Shown here piece by piece: positions 1-8,191 of a stretch of 24,000 nt of DNA. The stretch is from an uncultured Tangfeifania sp. (GTDB lineage: Bacteria; Bacteroidota; Bacteroidia; Bacteroidales; Prolixibacteraceae), in NCBI GenBank assembly GCA_964528535.1, contig CAZGSQ010000019.1, positions 10,605 through 34,604 of the forward strand, in the 5' to 3' direction. The notes below the pieces were generated by a model. That model was not told where the DNA came from. It did no database searches and was given only the letters and a program-made list of their open reading frames with translations. Within the stretch, counting starts at the first letter, position 1, and each line of letters begins with the position of its first letter. Both the position numbers and the translations under genes were made by a program.

Positions 1-77
1 CCTACCTGGATGCGCCCATGGGGCAAAGTGGCCATTTTGGCTGTGACCTGCACATGATCCTTCAACTCTGAAATACC

Positions 78-1367
78 TTACTTTCCCGAATCTCCTACCA
101 ATGATTCAACAAAAGCGGAAGTCGGATCAACCATCACCTTCCCATCCTTTAAATAGGCCTTGAAGACAAATTGCCCCGTTTTTAGAACCGTAAAAACAAG
201 ATCATCAGGCGAAATGGTGTACCTTTCCATGGTATACCGTATCCTCCAATCGACATAATCATAGGTCAAATAAACCAATTCGGTACAGGTGATGGCTTCC
301 GGCGATTCTACATCGAAATTAAAATCATAATCCTTGGTGAGCTGCTTCCGAAGGTTGGTCAAAATCGTCTTACGTTGATCTCTTGTCAGGTTAACAGGGC
401 GGACCACCAAAAATATCTCCCCATCGGCAAAATCATCCAGCGTACTGATCTGGACGCCGCTTCGCAGTACCTCTACCATGCCGGCTCCGTTCTTGCTATG
501 CTTCTGAAATGGCTTAATCAAATACCTCTCAACAAGGTTGTTACCCATCCAAATTCCCACATGACCAAAATATCCGGGAATAAATCTATTGGTCAGATGA
601 TTTGGCGATCGCATCAACACCAGGTCGAAAGGCCGTAGATAAGGTCGCAGATCGTTGGCGTTTTTTTCGGGATTCGAATCACGGTGAAAAATGCCAACCA
701 AATTGCCAAAAAGATAACTCGCTACATAGGCAGTACTGTAAAGGAACGCATGAAACCTGTCGTTGCTTCGAAACAATCCATGAGCCAGCGATTTAAAGAA
801 GTTGGTGTTGGGCAAATTTCTGAGTAGGCTGTCTGTATACGAGTCTCTACATTCAGCAGATTGTGATTTGACAATTTTCCGAATGGAAGGTGAATACAAG
901 AAATTCCTGCTTTTTTGCAAAACCTTTCTCGGAATACCATTCCCCGAATCGCCTCGGTTCAGACTCCGCCTCACGAACCTGTTCACTTGGTAACTTTTTT
1001 CATAAGCCGCAGCAGATGACAACAGTTCAACAGCAGCCAGGTATTGCCTGGGACGCATCTGCCCGCCTCTTCCCCCAAAATCCTGCAGCTCCCATTGATA
1101 GGCCCTGTCGTTGGAAAGTTGCTCTCCAAAATTTGTGTACAAATGATTGATATCTAACGCTTTCAAGGTAAGTCTCTGGCTCTTCTGACGGGTAATGATT
1201 TGAAGAAGACTATCCGCCCTTAAGCCTCTTGCCTTTTTCTCTGCTTCAGAGGCAAAAGATTGATTGACGGAATCTATTTGAAAATTGGACGTACCCAAAT
1301 AGGAGTTTCGGATTGAAATACAAGAAACCATCGGCAAGATCAGGAGTAAGAGGCAAAATTTGTGCAC
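78..1367 (-). CDS. YiiX/YebB-like permuted papain-fold (NlpC/P60-type) lipoprotein peptidase
   Basis: 429 aa; signal peptide with lipobox-like LPMVSC; 'FDLVLMRSP...GYFGHVGIWMGN' (His block) followed by 'AITCTELVYLTYD' (Cys block), the permuted order of the YiiX family. Confidence 0.72.
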   Translation of the reverse strand: MHKFCLLLLILPMVSCISIRNSYLGTSNFQIDSVNQSFASEAEKKARGLRADSLLQIITRQKSQRLTLKALDINHLYTNFGEQLSNDRAYQWELQDFGGRGGQMRPRQYLAAVELLSSAAAYEKSYQVNRFVRRSLNRGDSGNGIPRKVLQKSRNFLYSPSIRKIVKSQSAECRDSYTDSLLRNLPNTNFFKSLAHGLFRSNDRFHAFLYSTAYVASYLFGNLVGIFHRDSNPEKNANDLRPYLRPFDLVLMRSPNHLTNRFIPGYFGHVGIWMGNNLVERYLIKPFQKHSKNGAGMVEVLRSGVQISTLDDFADGEIFLVVRPVNLTRDQRKTILTNLRKQLTKDYDFNFDVESPEAITCTELVYLTYDYVDWRIRYTMERYTISPDDLVFTVLKTGQFVFKAYLKDGKVMVDPTSAFVESLVGDSGK

Positions 1368-1478
1368 TTGTCCAGGGATATCAGAATATTATAGCTTATA
1401 AAACATGTAAAACTACATTTTTTGTTGAAAAATCAATTGCTATCTTGTTCTCCCGTTTAGACAACCATTTTTAGTTCC

Positions 1479-4160
1479 ATGAGACAAATATTCGACCCAA
1501 TTTTTCGCAAAGTATCTAATTTTCTTTGGGTCGTCCTCCTCCTCCTGACACTTCATTTTCCATCAACCGCCAACGCAGGTATGAATTTATTGGATGATTC
1601 CATCCATGGACCATCTGCAAACAAGGAGGGTAGAATCTATACAACCCAAAGATTATCAACCCCAAGACCGGTTATCGATGGAGTCCTCGACGATGCCTGC
1701 TGGAAAACCGGTAGCTGGGCAGGAGATTTTACACAATTTATCCCCAAAGAAGGTGGAAAACCCTCCCAGCAAACTTATGTAAAAATTCTCTACGACGACA
1801 AAAGCATCTATGTGGCCATCAGGGCCATGGACAGTGAACCTGCCAAGATCATCAGGAAAGCAGGCAGAAGGGATGAATTGATTGGCGACATGACAGGCAT
1901 AAATTTCGACAGCTACCACGACCATCGCACAGGATTTGAATTTGACATGAGCGCCGCTGGCCAGAAACTGGATCTGATCCTCACCAATCCAATGCTCTGG
2001 GACCTCAATTGGAATGCAGTGTGGTATGGGAAAGTAGCCAAAGAGGACTCCGCATGGACCACCGAAATGGAGATCCCGCTGAGCCAGTTGAGGTACAGCA
2101 ATGCCTACGAACAGGTGTGGGGCTTGCATGTTTGGCGCTGGATTGACCGCCTTCAGGAGGAGAGCGATTGGGAAAAACAATCCCTCACAGGCCCGGGTGT
2201 TCTTTATCTGTTCGGCGAATTACGGGGCATCAAAGGATTAAAAAAAGCCCAGCGCATTGAACTGATGCCCTACTCCCTCGGTGAGCTGAGAACCTTCAGG
2301 AAGGAACCCGCAAATCCTTTTGCCAGCAGTGGACACCGGTTGATGGGAAATGTCGGATTGGATGCCAAAATTGGCGTTGGAAATAATTTCACAGTCGACT
2401 TGACTGTCAATCCCGATTTCGGCCAGGTAGAATCGGATCCATCTGTCATGAACCTCACCGCATTTGAGACATTTTACGAAGAGAAACGCCCCTTCTTTCT
2501 CGAAGGCAAGAATATTTTCGATTTCGAAATGGACGATGCCAGTCTGTTTTACAGCAGACGAATCGGTCATGCCCCCTCCTACCATCCCACTTTAAAAGAA
2601 CAGGAATACCTTCAATCACCCGACAAATCCACCATTTTAAGTGCCGCAAAATTCAGTGGAAAAACGGCAAGCGGATTGTCTGTGGGTGTGTTGCAAAGCT
2701 TCACTGCCAACGAAATGGCCACGGTCAACTCCCCCTCAGGGAACAGCAAGATTAATGTAGAACCCTTTACAAGCTATGCCGTAACCCGGATCCAACAGGA
2801 TTTTAACCAAAGCAATACCTTTTTGGGAGGAATTTTTACGGCAACCAACAGGGCCGTGAATAATCCCGAACTTAGCTTTCTCAACAGAGGCGCCTTCACA
2901 GGCGGATTGGACCTGAAACATTTCTGGAAAGAGAAGGAGTTTTTTGTCGAAGCAAAGGTCATCGGCAGTGACCTTCAAGGCGACGCAAGGGCCATCAGCA
3001 ACCTGCAGCTTTCATCTGCCCGGTATTTCCAGCGACCCGATGCCGGTCATTTCAATTTCGACAGTACCTTGACCTCTCTTGCCGGCAGTGGCGGCTTGAT
3101 AAAAATTGGCAAAGGCAGCAAGGGCCTGTGGAGGTACTCCACCGAATTGGGATGGCGTTCTCCCGGATTGGACCTCAACGATATTGGCTATCTTCAGACA
3201 GCAGATCTGATCCGGCAAAAGAACATGCTCTCCTATTTTATCAACCAACCTATCTCCATCTTCCGAACCTATTCAATAGGTGCAGAGCAGACCAACAATT
3301 GGGATTTCAATGGTCAATACCTTTGCTCAGAGGTTGCACTCAACTTTTCAGCAGATTTTAAAAACAAATGGGGGATTGTCAACAAAATAAGTTACCGGAA
3401 CCAATCGCTCGACTACCACCTGCTGCGCGGTGGATATGCCATGCTGGTACCTGACAACTGGACAGAAACCTTTTTGATACGAACCGATCAATCCAAAAAA
3501 ATCAACGCCCATCTCTCTGCTTCAACTGCTTCATCCGGAGAAAATTCCTACCATTTCAATGAAATAGCAGCAGGAATCTCTGTCCGACCTGTCAACAACC
3601 TCCTCCTTTCGCTGAATGCAAACTACGCGGACAAGGAAGATCAGTTGCAGTACATTGGCACGGTTAAGTACCTTTCCGACAAACGCTACCTGCTCGGTCA
3701 AATCAACCAGCAAACGGTTGGATTAACCTTCAGAATCGACTACAACATCACCCCCGAAATATCCTTTCAATATTATGGAAGTCCATTCGCTACAGTCGGA
3801 AAATACAGTAACTTTAAAGTGATTACGAACGCGGTAGACAAGGCTTACACCAACCGGTTCAATGTACTGCAAAACCTGGTACTGAAGAATGGAACGACCT
3901 ATGAGGCAGATGAAAACAACGATCATTCGATGGATTACAGTTTTGGTAAACCCGATTTCAATTTCAATCAGGTCAGATCAAATCTGGTTTTTCGCTGGGA
4001 GTACAAGCCCGGATCACAACTCTTTGTGGTATGGTCGAACGAACGAACCTACTGGCTGAATCCGGGTGACGAACCACTTGGCCGTGCAGCCGATCGTTTG
4101 GCCCAGGCAGCTCCAAACAATATTTTTCTGATTAAGTTTAATTATTGGTTCTCCCTTTGA
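1479..4160 (+). CDS. Exported DUF5916 family protein with N-terminal CBM9-like domain and C-terminal beta-barrel-like region
   Basis: 893 aa; signal peptide; 'ARPVIDGVLDDACWKTGSWAGDFTQFIPKEGGKPSQQTYVKILYDDKSIYVAIRAMD' and 'VNPDFGQVESDPSVMNLTAFETFYEEKRPFFLEGKNIF' are characteristic; C-terminus ends in aromatic/Leu. Confidence 0.85.
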   Translation: MRQIFDPIFRKVSNFLWVVLLLLTLHFPSTANAGMNLLDDSIHGPSANKEGRIYTTQRLSTPRPVIDGVLDDACWKTGSWAGDFTQFIPKEGGKPSQQTYVKILYDDKSIYVAIRAMDSEPAKIIRKAGRRDELIGDMTGINFDSYHDHRTGFEFDMSAAGQKLDLILTNPMLWDLNWNAVWYGKVAKEDSAWTTEMEIPLSQLRYSNAYEQVWGLHVWRWIDRLQEESDWEKQSLTGPGVLYLFGELRGIKGLKKAQRIELMPYSLGELRTFRKEPANPFASSGHRLMGNVGLDAKIGVGNNFTVDLTVNPDFGQVESDPSVMNLTAFETFYEEKRPFFLEGKNIFDFEMDDASLFYSRRIGHAPSYHPTLKEQEYLQSPDKSTILSAAKFSGKTASGLSVGVLQSFTANEMATVNSPSGNSKINVEPFTSYAVTRIQQDFNQSNTFLGGIFTATNRAVNNPELSFLNRGAFTGGLDLKHFWKEKEFFVEAKVIGSDLQGDARAISNLQLSSARYFQRPDAGHFNFDSTLTSLAGSGGLIKIGKGSKGLWRYSTELGWRSPGLDLNDIGYLQTADLIRQKNMLSYFINQPISIFRTYSIGAEQTNNWDFNGQYLCSEVALNFSADFKNKWGIVNKISYRNQSLDYHLLRGGYAMLVPDNWTETFLIRTDQSKKINAHLSASTASSGENSYHFNEIAAGISVRPVNNLLLSLNANYADKEDQLQYIGTVKYLSDKRYLLGQINQQTVGLTFRIDYNITPEISFQYYGSPFATVGKYSNFKVITNAVDKAYTNRFNVLQNLVLKNGTTYEADENNDHSMDYSFGKPDFNFNQVRSNLVFRWEYKPGSQLFVVWSNERTYWLNPGDEPLGRAADRLAQAAPNNIFLIKFNYWFSL

Positions 4161-4199
4161 GACAATAAAAAATGGTTGTCAATTTAAATATACAGACGA

Positions 4200-6572
4200 A
4201 TGAAAACATTTAGCCTCTTTGTGCTGCTTCTCACCTTCGGATTCTTGTCAAGCGCACAGGATCAGGGCCCCATCCCCCAGTTAAGCAAACAGCTGACCGA
4301 TTATTACAATGCAAACCCCGGCGTGAAGGTATATGTTACCACCGACAAGACCCACTACAAACCTGCTGAAACAATCTGGTTTCAGGTGCTGGTGACCGAA
4401 GAAATTTTTCCATACCTTACCAGGGAGAGCGGTGAACTCATCGTTAAACTCTTCGATGCACAAGGAAAATCTGAAATCCAGCAGCTTTTCAAACTGAAGA
4501 ACGGCTCGGCCTCCTGCGATGTAAAATTACCGAAAGAGATGTCGAAAGGAATCTATTTCCTCTCTGTCTACAGCTCTGAATCAAACACTTTTGGAGAGGT
4601 TAGCACAACGGCACTCAGCATCGATCCTGAATACAACAACCAATGGACCCTCCGCACCAGGTTTAAAGACAGTATCTCGTCTGCAGGGCAAAAAAATGAA
4701 CTCTACGCCGAGTTGTCTGACCTTGGCGGCGAAAAGAAGAAGAACACCACCATTCGCTATCAATTGACAAATGGGACTGAAATTCTGGAAAAAGGAAAAA
4801 TTAAGTCGGATGAAAATGGGAAAATGACCCTGCCATTTACGATGCCATCCAAGACCAATGGCCAGCCATTCGTTCTTGAAATCAACGACAAGGATACCTG
4901 GGAGAATGATCTTTTCGTACCTTCCGGACTTGATTCGGTGGTGATCAGGTTCTTCCCCGAAGGCGGAACCCTGATTCCGGGCACTCCCTCCAAAATCGGA
5001 TTTACAGCCTTCAACAAATGGGGAATACCCGTCGATGCGGAAGGCACGATCCTGAATGAAACAGGCAGCACCGCCGCACAGATCAAAACTTTCACAAGGG
5101 GATTGGGCTTTTTTTCAATGGTCTGCGAGGCAAATCAAAAATACAAGCTGGTGCTTTCTGGTAAAATGGGTGAAAAGCAGACCTTTCAACTTCCTGTTAC
5201 GGATCCCAAGGGACTTACCTTGTCTGTTGTAAAGACAGATGCCGATTTTATCTCGGCCAACCTGATCTTTGCTGACAAGCAGAAACATGCCGTTGCACTG
5301 ACAGTCACCCAGGGCAGCAGCATCTTCTGGGCGGCAGATATGGATGTGGATGGCACAGGAAGAATCAAAATACCCGCAGTCAACATCCCACAAGGCATCA
5401 ACCTGCTCTCTGTTTTTTCGAAAGAGGGAGTGCTTATGGGAGAAAGAATTGTCTATATGGACAAAAAACTCGAACTAAAAGTCACTGTATTGCCCGAAAA
5501 ATCATCCATTGCTCCTGACAATACCCTTAAAGTCAAGATCCTCTTAACCAACGAAAACAACCAGCCTGTTGCCGGAAACGTAACTGTCCGGGTTTCGGAT
5601 CAGTACCGCAACGAATATGCCCAGCCCAGAATAAATGAATTTCTGCTCCTCGGTTCGGTGCTTGAAACACCCTTCTCCCTTGTTTCGGGTGCGATGAAAG
5701 GGAAGATCGCACAGTCAACGCTTTTGGATGTTTTTCTGATAGCCAACAAGATAAAGGGCCACGATTGGGAGAAGATCAAAAATTTCAGACCCGATCAGGT
5801 TCAGGGAGGAAAAGAGCGGCTGAATTTTAGCGGCAACAAAAATCTGGAAGTACAATTTTCCGGATACATTTCGAAATGTGCACAAAATTACAAGCTGATG
5901 TACAGAAACAAGATCCCGGATGCAACCTATTTGAGCAACAATGCAGCGCTCTTTGTGAAAGCACCCAAATTGTTCAAAACAAACAACACTGCCCTCGACA
6001 ACCAACGCAAGATGTTCGCCTCCTCCTCGAGTATCCTGGAAGTGATCAAGACCCTGAAACCTTACAAGGTTGTTAGCAACCAGATCGTCTTCATAGGCAG
6101 TGAAAATTCGTTAAACTACCAGGGCGGCGCCCTCATCGTCCTGGATGGTCAACAATTGGGAACTGACATCTCGGCGCTATCCAGCATTTCGCCCATGGAG
6201 GTTGACCACATCAACGTATCCACGAATGCCATGGACATTCAGCGCTACACGGGTTTGAATTCGGTGGGTGTCATCGAAATTTTCCAGAAGAAAGCAACCG
6301 TCAGGGAGGTAAAAACGGCGGATGAGTCCTCCGAAAAATACGAGAACGGATACCGGTTGCCTAAACAATTCGCCGCCGAAGCTGCTACCTCAAAAACAGA
6401 TCTCCGTACCACCCTGCAGTGGATTCCTCTTCTCTCAATCGATCAGACAGGTCAGGCCGAATTTTCTGTTGGCACAGGGAAAGTCCTCAGCGATTTTGTG
6501 GTAGAGGTGGAGGGAATCACCACCGATGGCCGTTTGGGACACGGCCAAAGCAACATTAAGGTGGTTTTTTGA
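4200..6572 (+). CDS. Secreted macroglobulin-MG2-like / TonB-plug-like domain protein
   Basis: 790 aa; signal peptide; 'KVYVTTDKTHYKPAETIWFQVLV' MG2-like opening, 'IRFFPEGGTLIPGTPSKIGFTAFNKWGIPVDAEGTI', and plug-like segment 'GGALIVLDGQQLG...ISPMEVDHINVSTNAMDIQRYTGLNSVGVIEIFQKK'. Confidence 0.7.
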   Translation: MKTFSLFVLLLTFGFLSSAQDQGPIPQLSKQLTDYYNANPGVKVYVTTDKTHYKPAETIWFQVLVTEEIFPYLTRESGELIVKLFDAQGKSEIQQLFKLKNGSASCDVKLPKEMSKGIYFLSVYSSESNTFGEVSTTALSIDPEYNNQWTLRTRFKDSISSAGQKNELYAELSDLGGEKKKNTTIRYQLTNGTEILEKGKIKSDENGKMTLPFTMPSKTNGQPFVLEINDKDTWENDLFVPSGLDSVVIRFFPEGGTLIPGTPSKIGFTAFNKWGIPVDAEGTILNETGSTAAQIKTFTRGLGFFSMVCEANQKYKLVLSGKMGEKQTFQLPVTDPKGLTLSVVKTDADFISANLIFADKQKHAVALTVTQGSSIFWAADMDVDGTGRIKIPAVNIPQGINLLSVFSKEGVLMGERIVYMDKKLELKVTVLPEKSSIAPDNTLKVKILLTNENNQPVAGNVTVRVSDQYRNEYAQPRINEFLLLGSVLETPFSLVSGAMKGKIAQSTLLDVFLIANKIKGHDWEKIKNFRPDQVQGGKERLNFSGNKNLEVQFSGYISKCAQNYKLMYRNKIPDATYLSNNAALFVKAPKLFKTNNTALDNQRKMFASSSSILEVIKTLKPYKVVSNQIVFIGSENSLNYQGGALIVLDGQQLGTDISALSSISPMEVDHINVSTNAMDIQRYTGLNSVGVIEIFQKKATVREVKTADESSEKYENGYRLPKQFAAEAATSKTDLRTTLQWIPLLSIDQTGQAEFSVGTGKVLSDFVVEVEGITTDGRLGHGQSNIKVVF

Positions 6573-6579
6573 AAATGCT

Positions 6580-6852
6580 CTTTTAACTCTTTAGAACCGT
6601 TTCTTAACCCTTTAGAACCAATTTTTAACTCTCTAAAATCGTTTTTTAACCCTCTAAAATCGTTTCTTAATCCTTTAGAACCGATTTTTAACCCTTTAGA
6701 ACCGGTTTTTAACTCTCTAAAATCGTTTTTTAACCCTCTAAAATCGTTTCTTAACCCTCTAAAACCGATTTTTAACTCTCTTAAATCGATTTTTAACCCT
6801 CTAAAACCGATTTTTAACTCTCTTAAATCGATTTTTAACCCTCTAAAACCGA
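6580..6852. repeat. 13 contiguous 21-bp tandem repeats, consensus TTTTTAACCCTCTAAAAYCGW
   Basis: Read directly. Units tile 6580-6852 with period 21 and no indel; consecutive 21-mers from 6727: tttttaaccctctaaaatcgt, ttcttaaccctctaaaaccga, tttttaactctcttaaatcga, tttttaaccctctaaaaccga, repeated. Confidence 0.95.
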
Positions 6853-6884
6853 TTTTTCATGCTTCAGAACGACTGCATAAACTT

Positions 6885-8189
6885 TCAGAACCCTTGCATT
6901 GGCTTTTGGAAGGGTAAAATGCATTTCTGACCGTTCATTTCAAGGGGTATCGTGCTCAGTAGTTCAATACAAATTTCTTTTTGCCATTGAACTACGTCTA
7001 ATGTATTTTGTGGGATTTTCAATTTTATAATTGAACAGGGATAAACTTGTGATTCACCCTTTTCATGGCAAAAGAAACCGGAAGAAGAAAAGTCTGAATC
7101 AAGTGGATAAACTAATGCAGTAAAGTTGGAATCAAAATATTTTGTATAAACATACATCTGTTTTAAGTCATCATCAGAAGGCCGGGAACCCTTCAATACT
7201 TTCCATTTTGTGTCAAGCACATAAGTTTCAGCGCCCCGTTGGATAATGATATCTGGTATCATTCCAACTTTTGCATTCAATTCTGACTCCCAAAACGCCT
7301 TTTTTACCTGTCCTTTAATCTGGTAGTCAACTGGCGAAAATTTTTTAAGACTGGAAAGTACAAAACGTTCCCACAATGTATTCATGTCAAACATGAGGGC
7401 TAATACATGATTCTGACCACGACTAATGTCAGGATGGTAGTTTAGTAATAATAGCCGTGCAATATTGATGGCCTCCCGATAACATTCCGTTTTCCTGTTA
7501 TATTGTAAGTGATAAAATGTTGTCTCGGAAACTTTAATATCAGGCATTTCCGGGAAGTTAAGAAGCAAAGAACCAATCCGGCTCTGCAAGGCTGAAGAAG
7601 TGTTGACCTTATTGACAAGCAACAACGCTTTATAAATTATCTGATTGAACAGATTTTGTCTGTCATAGGTTTGATGATTCACATAGAATTGTTCCTGGTG
7701 CACCAAGTTTTGCTGAATATGCTTAGAAAAGATCAATTTCCCTTTTAATGACAGGCTGTTCTCTTCTTGCCTGCGGTATTGCCTGATCAATCCTTTGTGA
7801 ACCAGATGTTCAAGTTCCGTGATGAAATTTTCAAAATAGAGGTCTAAGATTGAATTTGATTTGAGCTTTAAATCTGTACTCCCGGCAGTACTTACTTTCA
7901 ATGTTTTTACCGCTCTAAGCATACCAATAAGTATTTTTCTCCAATGGCCTTCCTCATTGGATTGATCTGACTTGGGTAGCACTTCAATTACCAAAGAATC
8001 AACCTGAATAATACCTACATGTTGGTTGAATTTTACTCCGTTGTGAATGAGACTGAAATATTTGGTCCCTTTTTCCCCATAGTACCGCTGAAGAGCCAAA
8101 AGATGCCTCTGCTCAAAGCCTTCATGGTATCCGGGTCTGAGACTTTGATGTTCGTAGGTGGTAATGATATTTCGTCCTGGTGAGTTCAT
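6885..8189 (-). CDS. mcrC: McrC-like component of 5-methylcytosine-type (McrBC, type IV) restriction system
   Basis: 434 aa; conserved McrC features incl. 'VFNMNTLWERFV'-like 'LALMFDMNTLWERFVLSSLKK' and PD-(D/E)XK-like 'GMIPDIIIQRGAETYVLDTKWKVL'; adjacent to mcrB (2-bp gap). Confidence 0.9.
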   Translation of the reverse strand: MNSPGRNIITTYEHQSLRPGYHEGFEQRHLLALQRYYGEKGTKYFSLIHNGVKFNQHVGIIQVDSLVIEVLPKSDQSNEEGHWRKILIGMLRAVKTLKVSTAGSTDLKLKSNSILDLYFENFITELEHLVHKGLIRQYRRQEENSLSLKGKLIFSKHIQQNLVHQEQFYVNHQTYDRQNLFNQIIYKALLLVNKVNTSSALQSRIGSLLLNFPEMPDIKVSETTFYHLQYNRKTECYREAINIARLLLLNYHPDISRGQNHVLALMFDMNTLWERFVLSSLKKFSPVDYQIKGQVKKAFWESELNAKVGMIPDIIIQRGAETYVLDTKWKVLKGSRPSDDDLKQMYVYTKYFDSNFTALVYPLDSDFSSSGFFCHEKGESQVYPCSIIKLKIPQNTLDVVQWQKEICIELLSTIPLEMNGQKCILPFQKPMQGF

Positions 8190-8191
8190 AT

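Noticed and set aside
1594-3926. Numerous 60-174 aa ORFs overlapping the DUF5916 gene
   Set aside because: All lie inside a long, well-supported 893-aa CDS and show no recognisable motifs.
4281-6504. Antisense and out-of-frame ORFs within the 790-aa CDS
   Set aside because: Shadow ORFs with no family-like sequence.
6580-6852. Possible CRISPR array
   Set aside because: 21-bp units abut directly with no unique spacers; tandem repeat, not CRISPR.
6580-6852. Telomere-like TTTTAACCC repeats as a replicon end
   Set aside because: Flanked on both sides by ordinary coding sequence in the middle of a contig; unit is 21 bp and only superficially telomere-like.
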